A stretch of DNA of 64,000 bases, taken from assembly GCF_006345805.1 (NCBI RefSeq), contig NC_043001.1, forward strand, positions 100,564,001 through 100,628,000, written 5' to 3'. Shown here piece after piece: positions 1 through 12,769 of the stretch; within the stretch, counting starts at the first letter, position 1, and every line of letters begins with the position of its first letter. Origin of the DNA: Octopus sinensis. Lineage: Eukaryota. A program made the position numbers and the translations under genes. The notes under the pieces are model-generated. The model had not been told where the DNA came from. It saw only the letters and a list, made by a program, of their open reading frames with translations, and made no database searches.

Positions 1-300
1 TAATGCTTGCTATGCAGAAGGCGAGGTAGACACGAAGGGAGATGTGATCAGCAGAAAAGCATGTGGTGTAAGAAGTGACAGGTCATTAGTAACCAGAGGA
101 ATGCTATGAAGAACAGAACAGAACTCTGGGATTCGCCTGATGGAATGTAGGTCGGAGAGAGAGCACCATCAATGTAATACTGCAAAAGAGGGGCCTGACT
201 GGAAATTTCTGAATTAAGATGTAGGTAAACAACTTAGCCAGGTTCTCACTGTTCAAAGGCTAATATCAACAATAACACAGCATGCACTGAATTTCCCTGG
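1..300 (-). pseudogene. Highly decayed LINE reverse transcriptase fragment
   Basis: Minus-strand reading across frameshifts gives DGALSPTYIPSGESQSSVL...TNDL...SADH, resembling RT GVPQGSVL...NDL...YADD. Confidence 0.4.
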
Positions 301-492
301 GTCTCGTATCACCCGTACATGGCAGACACAATGATATGCAAACATGCGCAAATATAAGCATGCACACACACACACATACACACACACACACACACACTCA
401 CATCTTTGTGAATAAATTCTTTGATAAGAATGTTTACTCTGAAGTGTTTATGAGGAACTGAAAAATCTGTGGCAATAAAACATGGTTTGCAT

Positions 493-1821
493 TTGCATAT
501 AGAAATTAGTAATTCCATGAAAATTATCCACCATGAATCTCCCTGAAGGGGAATACGGAGAATGGGCTGAGACTTGCGCAATATCAACCAGAAAATGAAT
601 TGGAACTCCATACAAATAGGCATGGAAACTATTGAACAAAACAACAAAAACTTCAGAGAGAAATTCTTCAGATTCCACACAGAGTCTTTGCTTCTAATTA
701 AATGGTAAAATGCAGTTAACAGCCAATAATGTTGTTGCAGCAGAACTTTACACCTGCACAAGTGATATTTAATTAATCTTAACTACATCATACACCACTA
801 GTCTAATTAGTTCAAACAACACCATTGTCTTGTTTGCAATGTCTCTTATATTCATAAACAACTCACAAGATCTTTTATTCTCTTTGTCCTTCTGTCACTT
901 AAACATTGTTAAGTATTTCAGAATTCTTACTTTGCTCAAAAGATGTAATTATAATTTTAGGAATACTTTATTCTTTAAGAAACACTGCCAACTCTTGCCA
1001 TAGTTTTATTATAGACTTTTAGTTGTTGATTTTCAAATGCCTTTGTTTCTGTTTTTTTGGGGGGGAGGGGGATTAGTAATTTAAGAAATGGTTGTTCATA
1101 TCATTAAGGATATTATTTTAATTAATTTATAAAAACCTTGGATTATTATCTTTTAAGTATGCTAGTTACCTCTTTTGACAAATGATTTTTCCATAGAGAA
1201 TCAACCAGACATTGCTTTACTGCTTTACCAAAAAATGGATGTGTGTGTGCATGTGCGTGTGTGAGTGTGTGTGTGTGTGTGTGTATGTATGTGGAGGCAC
1301 ATGGCTTAGTGGTTAGTGCATTGTATTCTTGATTGTAAGATTATGGTATTGATTCCTGGACTAAATGACGATGCATTGTGTCTACCAGCAAAACATTTCA
1401 TTTCACATTTGACTGACAGAAATAAATGATCCAGGGCTGTACTGGTGTCCTGTCCAGGTGTAGGATACATTGACCAGGAAACTGGTTTTATGACCTAATC
1501 CAGGAAACTGGTTTTATGACCTAATGGATCAAGTAGGACCTTTCATATTTTTCATACACAGATACATACATGCCTGCATACATACATACATACATGTGTG
1601 TATGTGTGTGTGCATATGTATCAGAAAACTTATTTTTGCATATAGAAATTAGTAAATCCATGAAAATTATCCTCCCTGAAGGGGAATACGGAGAATGGGC
1701 TGAGGCTTGCGCAATATCAACCAGAAAATGAATTGGAACTCCATACAAATAGGCATGGAAACTATTGAACAAAACAACAAAAACTTCAGAGAGAAATTCT
1801 TCAGATTCCACACAGAGTCTT
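493..1821. repeat. Local direct duplication of ~195 bp (493-688 and 1637-1821)
   Basis: The copies differ by 2 substitutions and a 10-bp deletion, which explains the twin MESEEFLSEV ORFs. Confidence 0.9.
1293..1520 (+). mobile_element. tRNA-derived SINE, decayed (same family as 9164)
   Basis: A-box-like TGGCTTAGTGG, degenerate B box, body similar to 9164-9410. Confidence 0.7.
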
Positions 1822-2119
1822 AAAACAAATTTTAGTTATTTAAATTTTAATAAATCAAAATTTAAAAAACTAAAATTATTAAAATACAATACCAGTTTCA
1901 ACAATATTTTTGTTTTGCAATGATAAATAAATAAATATATCCTAGGGCTAAATTACAGCAACATTCATCTTAAACCAGGACTGCCATGTTATGTTGGCAA
2001 ACAATCTTTACTTCATAGTACTGCATCTAAAATATATCTATGCATGTATGCATAAGGGCATTTACATGCATACATAAGTGGATTTGTTTACAAGTATGCG
2101 TTTACATATATATATATAT

Positions 2120-2321
2120 CCTGTCTCCACCTCATCTCTCCCTGTTTTTTTCTGTGTTCCTTTCTGTGGAAGAGTATAGGCTCGAAACATTAAAGACTTT
2201 TTCACTTCCCAAGCATCAAACTAATACATCTGTTTGTTGTCTACACCACCTGTCTTTTGTTTTTTTGCTTTCCCCCCCATATATATATGTGTGTGTGTGT
2301 ATGTATATATATACATACACA

Positions 2322-2380
<59 letters not shown>

Positions 2381-2810
2381 TAAATTAGAGATAAAACCAC
2401 TATTGGGCAAAACAAACAATGAAAAACATAAACCAAAACATAAAAATAAAAATAATTAATATAATATGCAAAATATATAAAATATAAAATTTTAATACTT
2501 TTAATACTTTTTGATAGTTATATATATTTGATAAAAATAAATAAATAAATAAATAAAAATTAAAATTTATAAATATAAATTAATAATTTTAATTTTAAAT
2601 TTAAATAATTTAAATTTTTAAATTTTATATTTTATATATTTTGTATATTATATTAATTATTTTTATTTTTATGTTTTGGTTTATGTTTTTCACTGTTTGA
2701 TTTGCCTAATAGTGGTTTTATCTCTAATTTAATTTATATTTATACTGTGAAATTAGATTTAATCCTAAATCTAATTTTTCCCTGTAAGTTTGGATTTACT
2801 CCCTAATATT
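2120..2810 (+). mobile_element. PLE-like terminal fragment with hammerhead-like motif and ~120-bp inverted arms (2373-2492 / 2620-2739)
   Basis: cttt-CTGTGGA-A-GAGT atag GCTC-GAAAC-ATT-aaag at 2160-2195; same sequence family at 18600 and 52700; the arms are reverse complements. Confidence 0.6.
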
Positions 2811-2878
2811 ATTATTATATATATATATATTTATATATATTATATATATATATATATGTATGTATGTATATATGTATG

Positions 2879-2943
<65 letters not shown>

Positions 2944-2995
2944 GTATATATATATGTGTGTGTGTGTGTTTGTGTGTATATATATATATGTATAT

Positions 2996-3044
<49 letters not shown>

Positions 3045-4351
3045 TGCATGAACAAGTATTTGTGTTTCAGTAGGGGTTCATTGTTTGTGCATATGTAGAA
3101 AATAAAATTTGACTCAGTTTTTCTAAGCAGCAGTTATTTTTATATTTTCGACATGGCTATTTTAGAAAGAGTTGATGGCATAATGTATAATTCGTTGATG
3201 CAATATCATATTTTATGCATCTTCTCCTCACCTTGCTATCCATCCTGTTAGCAACGTTTAATTTCACTTTCAATGTATGTTGAAGAGATCAAACCAAGTT
3301 TTTCTATTGAAAATCCTTTTCCTAACCATTTAACTGCAACATTTTAATTCATGAAGCTGTGCTCTGACTCTGTGATCTCAACCACTTGAGATATTCCTTG
3401 GATTTCTTACCATATTCCTGCCCTTCCTTCAAGTCCAATAATCTATTTCTTCATATTGTTTTCTTTTGAATCCTTCCCGCTGAATCTCTTATTTAGTTTC
3501 TATACTTCTTTGTTCACTGCTGCATTAGTACCTCTTTTACGAGGACAGAGAATTTGAAAATTCTTTTGATCATGTTCAACTGGTTTTATGGATGAGTCTG
3601 TGACTTTTACTATTTCAATTTGGTAGTTTGCATCTGCATAGGAGACATTATACTCTTATAATTTCATTGCATTTTATTATATTTCACATCATTCTGTAAT
3701 CTGCTACCAGACTTGATTCTGTTTAGTTTTCTTGGCCTCGAAGTTGAAGACTGCAAAATTCAATTCCAGAAACTGCACATCAATAAAGGATAAGCATTTG
3801 TGCACTGATTCTTGATAAATTCAGTAACTGCAACCATAAAAACTAAATCTCCCTTGCAAGCAAGTAATTTGTGAATGTGTAAGTATCTCTCTACAGCTGC
3901 ACCCTTTTCACAAAATTTCAAGAGAATTATCTATAAACTGTCAGCATAAAGATCAATAAGATTTTCTGTTATTGGACATAAGAGTATAATTTAATGTCTG
4001 TTTAAAGAAGTGGTTTTATTGTCACAAACCTTTGGTGATATTTCATGCTAAAAGAAAACGTTTCCAAAACTTTGTTATGCTACCTAACATGGTATCCTCC
4101 TGTCATGTCTACGGGTACCCTTAACTGGGTTCACTCTATTGTGAACCTTCAGCACAGACAACCAATTCCTTCCATTCCCTCCATATTTTCCTGAAAACAT
4201 TGACTAATAAAAGCTCTGATTAGTCACCAGATATGACCATCCCACGAGACTGGGACAGCCTGAAATAACCAGTGCCATTGCTCCTTCTGAAAAGAGCAAA
4301 TACCTGACTGGAAACAAAAGCATTAGAAATCACAGAATTCATTTCATTTTC

Positions 4352-4737
4352 TTTTTACCTGTTTCAGCCATTAGACAGTGGTCATGCTGGAGCACTGCCT
4401 TAGTTGAATGAATCATTTCCAGCACTTATTTTGTTTTGTAAAGCTTGGAACTTATTCTTTTGGTTCTTTTGCTGAACCGCTAAGTTATGGGGACATAAAC
4501 ACACCAACACCGGTTTTCAAGTAGTGGTTGGGGACAAACACAGACACAAAGACAGACAATACACACACATATATATATGGCAGGCTTCTTTCAGTTTCCA
4601 TCTACCAAATCCACTCACAAATCTTTGCTTGGTCCAAGGCTATAGTAGAAGACACTCGTTCAAGGTGCCACACAGTGGGACTGAACCCAGAATCATGTGG
4701 TTGGGAGACAAACTTCTTACCACACAGCTGCTCCTGC
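4352..4737 (-). mobile_element. tRNA-derived SINE (family A)
   Basis: Matches 31262-31670; B box GGTTCAGTCCC on the minus strand. Confidence 0.85.
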
Positions 4738-5929
4738 ATTTGAGGGATGGATTAGAATTGATTAGAATTGGAAAGTATCATTTGGCTGAATGTTAGACAT
4801 TGGGATTCCCAGGATTACAAGCGATTACAAATGGAGTATTTATGTTTTTGTCTTTGCCTTCATTTGGAGGGTTTCTCTATGAAAGATTGCAATTCCTTTT
4901 GTATTGGTTATAGTATTCTTTACTGCAATTTTGGGGTGATGCTGAAAGAATAGTTTAGTTCTCCCAGTCTCATCTCACAACTTCTTGAGTCAGTAATTAG
5001 TAAACATATACGACTTCCCATATTAAATTAGACCTTTCTTTTAATATGGATGGATAGAACAACCCTAAATGCATTCCAGTGTGTCTGTGTCCTTGCAGTA
5101 GAAATTTGTTGTAATAATTTCAGTTTCAGACATTGCCAAAATATCCAGAAAGGAATTTCCGTTTTGTTCGTTTTTATTACGAATTAGATTGATTCATGTG
5201 TGCTAGTCATTAATTCCAATGACTTTGTAAGGTCTTCCTTACTTCTGTTTCGAAATATGAAGCAATCATCCAGGAATTTTATTCACTTTTCTCTAAGATA
5301 GAAGTGGAAATGAAAATTAAAGGCAATTCCTGATCGAGCATTTTTTTTTTATTCTTAGAATCCCATTTCTAGTGTTGCAAATGTGTGTGCAGCTTCTGAA
5401 CCCTTTGCTGCCCTCTTTTAGATGAAGGTAATATTGGTTGTCAAAGAATTAGCTGTTTCCTAGCACCAATTGTAAACTTAATATAAATTCTTTGGGGATT
5501 CTTTCCTGAATTCTCTGTTGATCTTTGTCAAACCAGAATTCTGCTGCTTCCAAATGGGATATTTCTTAATCCAAATGGGATATTTTTGTAGAGATTGGTC
5601 ACATAACTAACCAGGATCATCTTCATATTTACTCTTTCTCGAATGTGGTTTAGGAAGCTCATATAATCACCAATGAAACTAGGAACCAATTTGCATAATG
5701 TTTACAAAATTATGTCCTTAAATTGTTTAATTTTGGTCCTTTGATAATTGGACAAATTTTAAGTCAGTTTGGGAACCTTTCTGAATGAAGTTCCTTTAAG
5801 TTGATATGTGTTTCTTTTGGTCATCCATAAAAGTTTGTTTTTACCTCAAAATTAGTGACATAATCAAACTGGGTTTCTGCTTAATTGTTTATCAACTTGT
5901 TTGTGTATTTGTTTTGTTCATTGTTTCTC

Positions 5930-6305
5930 TTTTTATTTGCTTCTGTCATTAGACTGCAGCCATGGTGGGGCACTCCTTTGGAGAACTTTAGACAGCCAAA
6001 CTTTTTCCGAGGCTGGTATTTATTCTATTGGTCTCTTTTGTCAAACTGCTAAGTTATGAGAACATAAACACATCAGCATCAGTTGTCAATCAGTGGTGGG
6101 GGAAAAACATAGACACAAAGACAGATACATAGATAGACAGATAGATATATTGATGAAATTCTTTTAATTTCCCTCTACCAAATCCACTCACAAGGCTTTA
6201 GTCAGCTTGAGGCTGTAGTAGATGCTTGCCCAAGATACCATGCAGTGAAACTGAACCCAGGACCGTGTGGTAGGGAAGCAAACCTCTTACCACACAGCCA
6301 TATCT
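5930..6305 (-). mobile_element. tRNA-derived SINE (family A)
   Basis: Similarity to the other family A copies. Confidence 0.8.
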
Positions 6306-6307
6306 GC

Positions 6308-6600
6308 ATCATCATCATCGTTTACGTCCGTTTTCCATGCTAGCATGGGTTGGACGGTTCAACTGGGGTCTGGGAAGCCAAGAGGCTGCACCAGGCCCAG
6401 TCTGATCTGGCAGTGTTTCTACAGCTGGATGCCCTTCCTAATGCCAACCACTCTGTGAGTGTAGTGGGTACCTTTTACGTGCCACCGGCACAGGTGCCAG
6501 GGGAGGCTGGCAGTGGCCACAATCAGTTGGCGCTTTTTTACGTGCCACCGGCACAGAAGCCAGTCTAGGTGGCGCTGGCATTGGCTGTTGGCGCTGGCAT
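6308..6600 (-). mobile_element. RTE LINE 3' end
   Basis: Shares the terminal ~170 bp and (GAT)n tail with the 10514-12403 element. Confidence 0.85.
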
Positions 6601-7504
6601 CCAGTTTCTAATTTTTGTGGAAATGATAGTTATTTCAGTCATTCTAAGACCATTTCCTTGCATTGGATCTTGTCCAATATGAGAAAGGTTCCTTCTTTGT
6701 CAGCTTTCTTAATGACAATAGAGGTATCTTTCTGTAGATATTCCATCTTCTTTGTTCTTTAGTTGTAATGTCTGATTCTGTATAACTGGATGGATTGTTA
6801 GGGTTTACCATATTTTTCAGACACATTATATATTCCTTATGTGTTTACTCCTGTTCATCAAAGATTTAAATTCATTTTTATTTTTACATTTGATGGATTT
6901 TTATAATCGTTCTTTTGGAAGAATTGCCACAGAAATAATTCTGTACAAAATTCTCCAATATCTTTTATAAGATCTGTCATATCAGGTTTTAGAGTTGTAA
7001 GGAATTTAAGTCCAAACTCCAAAAGCTTTATTTTATTATTCATAAGGTTTTTTTCTGATAAACTTATTATTGTTGGATTAGTTGCACAAGTCTTTCCTTG
7101 ATTGTTATGCACCTATATGTGTGTATGTGTGTGCACGCACATGCACGTGTGCATGTTCTTGTGTATTTAATATTCTAAAATGGAAAGAGATTTGAAGAAT
7201 TGCTTTGGTCCAGTGGTAGAACACCAGTCATGTTTACAGGAGAAGTGGGTCAAACTCACACGAGCAGTCTTTGACTTATGCTATCCAAAGGGCTTCTAAC
7301 TCAGTCTTTATATACTACCTTTTATAGCTTTATTGGCTTCGAGATTCATTTCCCATTCCAAAAGTTTCTAAATTCTTATGACATAAGTCTTATATCTGTA
7401 CATATATATTTGAACTTGTTTTTCTATCATCACAATCAGCATCATCATCATCATCATCACTATCGTTTTAACGTCCACTGTTTTTATGTTTTTATGTATT
7501 CTTT

Positions 7505-7893
7505 TATTCTTTTATTTGTTTCAGTTATTTGACTGCAGCCATGCTGGAGCACCACCTTTTTTTAGTCGAGCAAATTGACCCCAGGACTTATTCTTTGTAA
7601 GCCTAGTACTTATTCTATCGGTCTCTTTTTGCTGAACTACTAAGTTACGGAAACATTACCACACCAGCATCAGATGTCAAGCGATGTTGGGGGAACAAGC
7701 ACAAACACAACCACACACACACACACACACATATATACAACAGGCTTTTTTCAGTTTCCGTCTACCAAATCCACTCACAAGGCTTTGGTTGGCCTGAGGC
7801 TGTAGTAGAAGACACTTGCCCAAGGTACCATGCAGTGGGACTGAACCCGGAACCATGTGGTTGGTAAGCAAGCTACTTACCACACAGCCACTC
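7505..7893 (-). mobile_element. tRNA-derived SINE (family A)
   Basis: A box GTGGCTGTGTGG, B box GGTTCAGTCCC, CCTTGGGCAAGTG core. Confidence 0.9.
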
Positions 7894-8639
7894 ATATAAT
7901 ACTTATTTCAATGTGCACTTCCGAGATTGTTGTACCTTCAGTCATATCCTGCTTTTGTGCTGGTGATTTGAATGTTGTTGTTCAACCCTTGGTCCATCCT
8001 AATATGGTAAATTTACTATAATCAAAGTTATACCAGTCATAACCATTGCATAATTTTCTATATTGTCTTTCTATGTTTTATTTAAAATGTAATTAGAAAG
8101 TAATTTGACTGCTATTTATAACTGGTCAACAACCATGGGGGAACCTCTGTTTCTGTTTACTTTGGTTGATGGCTGTTATTGCTACTGTTGTTGTTGTTAT
8201 TATTGAGGATGAGGAAGTGGGTGGGGATAAGAGAAATAAATTGTTAACTCTTTTTAAATTCGATTGTTTTTATTTTTACATTTCCTTCCTGCCTCTGAAT
8301 TCACTGAAGACTGTACTCCATTGATGAAATTAAAACAAGATCCCAGCATGTCCAGATTTGTCCCTTGCAGAAAATTAATATAATAATATTTGTTAATTAA
8401 CTCTGTGTTTTAATTTTCATCACAAATTAGTAGGCCCTCTGCCTTGTACAATCCATATTCTTTGTTTTAATTTATTGCAAGAATGAAGTGCAAACACTGC
8501 TGATAGAAATCGGTTTTGAGCTGTTCAGCATGGCGTTTTGAATATGCTGCCTTGATGTTTCCATTATATTTATTCCTATTAAAAATTTGGAAGGTACTCA
8601 GAGGAGAGATCAAGAGAAATGCTTACAGGCTGAATATTG

Positions 8640-8845
8640 GTTTCACATTTTGGTACAAGGATTGCAGCTTTGAGTGGAGAAGGAACTCAACAACATCATC
8701 ATCTAGTGTACTTAATTTATCAAACCCCAAAAAGATGAAAGGCAAAGTCAACCTCAATGGAATTGGAACTCAGTAAATGAAGATAGGCAAAATGCTTCTA
8801 AGCGTTTTGTTCAACATACAAATGATTCTACCAGCTCGCTGCCTT
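8640..8845 (-). mobile_element. SINE (family B), decayed
   Basis: Reverse complement of the GACTTTGCCTTTCATC...GATAAATTAAGTAC core seen at 58877. Confidence 0.65.
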
Positions 8846-9163
8846 CTTCACACTTAATATTCATCTACTTATTACTGCCAAATGGTATAAAAAGCATCAG
8901 GAAAAATGCCGTGCGTTTTTCTGTTCTGGTTGGTTGCGTTCTAAGTTCATATCTTACCAAGGTCAACATTGTCTTTCATTAGAGCATGGTTGGTAAATAA
9001 GGGACCAATCAATGGGTGTTGAGTTTAAAAACTGTTAGAGCATCATATGGGATGCTTTGCAGAATTTGTTCTTTCTCTTTGTGTTATGAATTCAAATCCT
9101 CTCATGAGTTTTGGCTACTTGACATCATATATAATAATATAATAATAATATAATAATAATATG

Positions 9164-9410
9164 TGGAGGCACGTGGCTTAGTGGTTAGGGTGTCAGCATC
9201 ATGATCGTAAGTTTGTGGTTTCGATTCCTGGACCAGGTGACGTGTTGTGTTCTTGAGCAAAAAACTTCATTTCACATTGCTCCAGTCCACTCAGCTGGCA
9301 AAAATGAGTAATGCTGTGATGAACTGGCGTCCCGTCCAGCTGGGGAACACATACACCATGGAAACCAGGAAACTGGGCCCATGAGCCTGGCTAGGCTTTA
9401 AAAAAGGACA
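9164..9410 (+). mobile_element. tRNA-derived SINE (family C)
   Basis: GTGGCTTAGTGG A box, TTCGATTCC B box, TTGTGTTCTTGAGCAA core; inserted in an (ATAATA)n tract. Confidence 0.85.
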
Positions 9411-9599
9411 CATTTATATTTTTTTATAATAATAATATAATAATAATATAACAATATAATAATAATAATATAATAGTAATATAATAATAATATATAGCTT
9501 AATCCATCACTATTTGTTCTTCTGTGTCTTTAGCAGCATCCAGTATTTGAACCAAATCGTCAGTTTGATGATACCGTTCTGCTTCCCTTCCATAAGTCT

Positions 9600-10150
9600 T
9601 AGAGGCCCTATAAAGGATTATCACTATTGCTCTTTTTAAAATAATGACGAAAGTATCAAGATTGCAAATATATTGGTCTACAGAAGTGTTTTGGGATTGT
9701 CTCTGCCAAAGCAGTCAGATTATTGGCTTCATTGCCATAATCTTTGTCTCTTGTTTTTTTTTTTAACATCCAGCATAAGTCAGATTAATCTCCAATACAA
9801 ATATCATCTTCATCTTATGCAATCTCATTTATAAAGCCCTGTGTTCTCTGATCTGGTTTCATCATCTCTTCAACAAGATTTCTTTTGTCTACTTCAATGT
9901 TGGAGACATTTTCTTTTGTTGACTCACAACAGCTTCTTTTTATGGATTTATGTATTCCTCTAACATGTTTCAACACCAGTGAAGCTGCCACCTCTGTCTC
10001 TCATACCATTCACCTTCTCATTCAAACGATGGTGATGGTTCTACAGCAGTATTGTCATATAATCCAGGAGCATTATTGATTTGTCTGGGCTTTTTTAATA
10101 GCTAATGGCTGGAAACTGTGTGGAATGTGGTTTCCTTCCTACAGGTCTTT
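9600..10150 (-). pseudogene. Very decayed LINE RT N-terminal fragment
   Basis: Minus-strand CRPIYLQS resembles the YRPIxL motif; little else is readable. Confidence 0.3.
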
Positions 10151-10513
10151 CAACTTTTTACTACTTTGATCTTTATATTTTCCCAAAAGACTACCTACTA
10201 AGTAACATCCACAATATTTATATAGCATCTCTTTGGAAATGGTAATCCATTCCATGTATTTACACCAACGCAACTCATCTGTTAACAGGATAGACAAATT
10301 GGATAAAATAGACATAGATACATTATGCGTAAACAAAAAGTGAGGGAGTGTCATGGCTGGAACATTGGTGATTATCAGTTTGATGGATCAGGCTGACCTA
10401 AAGCTGAATAACAGCAGCAGCAGTAATGACAACAACAACAACAACCTGTCAGTGTCTGTCATTGTTCCTCTCTCGTTAGATATGTAAGGATATCCAACAA
10501 AATACATGTACAT

Positions 10514-12403
10514 TCATCATCATCATCATCATCGTTTAACGTCCGTTCTCCATGCTAGCATGGGTTGGACGGTTCGACCGGGGTTCTGGGAAGCCAGAAG
10601 GCTGCACCAGGCTCCAGTCTAATCTGGCAATGTTTCTACAGCTGGATGCCCTTCCTAACGCCAACCACTCCGTGAGTGTAGTGGGTGCTTTTTACGTGCC
10701 ACCTGCACAGGTGCCAGGCGAGGCTGGCAACGGCCACGGTCAGATTGGTGTATTTTATGTGCCACCGGCACGGAAGCCAGTCGAGGCGGTGCTGGCATCA
10801 GCCACGAGTCGGATAGTGCCTTTTACGTACCACCAGACCAGGGATCCTGGCTGGTTCAATTCGATTTCGATTTCGCTTGCCCCAACATGTCTTCACAAGC
10901 AAAGGGGGTTGGCATGGGTGCCTGTCGTACGGTCGCATTGGAGTATTTTACGTGCCACGGCCATGAGTCGGATAGTGCTTTTTACGTACCACCAGACCAG
11001 GGATCCTGGCTGGTTCAATTCTATTTCGATTTCGCTTGCCCCAACATGTCTTCACAAGCAAAGGGGGTTGGCATGGGTGCCTGTCGTACGGTCGCATTGG
11101 AGTATTTTACGTGCCACGGCCACGAGTCGGATAGTGCTTTTTACGTACCACCAGGCCAGGGATCCTGGCTGGTTCAATTCGGTTTCGCTTGCCCCAACAT
11201 GTCTTCGCAAGCATGGGGGGTTGGCATGGGTGTCTGTCGTCGGATGAGGTTCTATATCGACTTCGCTTGCCTCAACAGGTCTTTGTGTCCAAGGGAGGAA
11301 AGGCATTCATAAGTGGGCTGGGCTCACTTGTCCTGCCTGGTCTTCTCACGTACAGAATATTTCCAAAGGTCTCGGTCGCTGGTCATTTCCTCAGTGAGGC
11401 CTAAAGTTCGAAGGTCGTGCTCCACCACCTCGTCCCAGGTTTTCCTGGGTCTACCTCTTCCACGGGTTCCCTCAACTGCTAGGGATTGGCACTTTCTCAC
11501 ACACCTATCTTCATCCATTCTCGCCACATGACCATACCAGCGCAATCGTCTCTCTTGCACACCACAACTGATGCTTCTTAGGTACAACATTTCTCTCAAG
11601 GTGCTAACGCTCTGTCGAGTATGTACACTGACATTACACATCCATCGGAGCATACTGGCTTCATTCCTCACGAGCTTACGCATGTCCTCAGCAGTCACGG
11701 CCCATGTTTCGCTGCCATGTAGCATGGCTGTTCGTACACACGCATCATACAGTCTGCCTTTTACTCTGAGCGAGAGGCCTTTAGTCACCAGCAGAGGTAA
11801 GAGCTCCCTAAACTTTGCCCAGGCTATTCTTATTCTAGCAGTTACACTTTCAGCGCACCCACCCCCACTACTGACTTGGTCACCTAGATAACGGAAGCTA
11901 TCAACTACTTCTAGTTTTTCCCCCTGGAAAGTGACGGAAGTTGTTTTCTGCAGATTTTCGGAGGTTAATGCTCCCGAGCATCTGCCACATACAAAAACTA
12001 TCTTCCCAGTTAGCCTACCTTTGACATTGCTGCACCTCTTATGTGTCCATAGCTTACACTGGGTACATCTTATAGAGTTTCTACCTACACCTTTTCTACA
12101 GATCGAGCAGGGCCATCTTCCTGAAGATATTTGTGGATTGTCTACCTTCCTACTTATTAGTACTTTGGTTTTAGCTAGGTTGACTCTAAGGCCCCTTGAT
12201 TCTAAACCCTCCTTCCACACCTGGAACTTCTCCTCCAGTTCTGATAGTGACTCAGCAATAAGAGCAAGGTCGTCAGCGTAGAGGAGCTCCCAGGGACAGC
12301 CTGTCTTGAATTCCTCCGTAATTGCCTGGAGTAGTATGATAAATAGGAGGGGGCTGAGTACTGAACCCTGGTGGACCCCAACCTCTACTTTGAATTCTTC
12401 TGT
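10514..12403 (-). mobile_element. Young 5'-truncated RTE-clade LINE with repeat-containing 3' UTR and (GAT)n tail
   Basis: Open RT frame, ~800-bp 3' UTR, tail GTTAAACGATGATGAT. Confidence 0.95.
11324..12403 (-). CDS. RTE reverse transcriptase C-terminal half (no start codon, 5'-truncated) with internal C4HC3 finger
   Basis: Uninterrupted frame: GVHQGSVLSPLLF, LLYADDL, FRYLG, MLHGSETW, RLRWYGHV, RGRGRPRKTW. Confidence 0.9.
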   Translation of the reverse strand, partial: TEEFKVEVGVHQGSVLSPLLFIILLQAITEEFKTGCPWELLYADDLALIAESLSELEEKFQVWKEGLESRGLRVNLAKTKVLISRKVDNPQISSGRWPCSICRKGVGRNSIRCTQCKLWTHKRCSNVKGRLTGKIVFVCGRCSGALTSENLQKTTSVTFQGEKLEVVDSFRYLGDQVSSGGGCAESVTARIRIAWAKFRELLPLLVTKGLSLRVKGRLYDACVRTAMLHGSETWAVTAEDMRKLVRNEASMLRWMCNVSVHTRQSVSTLREMLYLRSISCGVQERRLRWYGHVARMDEDRCVRKCQSLAVEGTRGRGRPRKTWDEVVEHDLRTLGLTEEMTSDRDLWKYSVREKTRQDK

Positions 12404-12545
12404 ATTTACATTATTTACAATTGACGGATATTTGTCCTCATCTTGTTTGTTGTTAACACAATGTTTCAGCTGATATACCCTTCAGCCTTCATCAGGTGTC
12501 TTGGGGAAATTTCAAACCTGGGTTCTCATTCCTAAGGTCTTTTTC
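12404..12545 (-). mobile_element. PLE-like 3' terminal fragment with hammerhead motif
   Basis: acac-CTGATGA-A-GGCTGA..TCAGCT-GAAAC-ATT-gtgt at 12456-12499; stem III reads ACAT rather than palindromic ACGT. Confidence 0.7.
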
Positions 12546-12583
12546 GATGTTGTTATTACTATTATTATTACTATTGTTATTAC

Positions 12584-12662
<79 letters not shown>

Positions 12663-12665
12663 ATT
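12545..12665. repeat. (TTA)n(TTG)n microsatellite
   Basis: Seen directly. Confidence 0.95.
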
Positions 12666-12769
12666 TTTATTGAGTAAGAGAGCAGTGCATGCCATCAAAG
12701 TGACACTGAGGTAAAATATATGAAGCCCAGTATACCCATCATGACTACCCGTCAATATTGATGAACATT

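Larger units (their letters stand above)
4770..7095 (-). mobile_element. Decayed Penelope-like retroelement ORF (N-terminus plus RT), interrupted by insertions at ~5930-6600
   Basis: Minus-strand motifs in PLE order: IISLSEKNL..LLEFGLKF, IKKADKEG, VTNLYKNIP, AKGSEAAHTFATLEMG, FLDDCF, FYCKDTDT; many stops and frameshifts. Confidence 0.8.

Noticed and set aside
309-761. 150-aa ORF with an acceptor-like site
   Set aside because: No recognisable domain, it ends in a (TG)n tract, and the duplicate copy is frameshifted.
3150-3950. Possible decayed transposase on the minus strand
   Set aside because: No motif I could assign with confidence.
9164-9240. tRNA gene
   Set aside because: The A/B boxes continue into a SINE body with no complete cloverleaf; the same holds for the other SINE heads.
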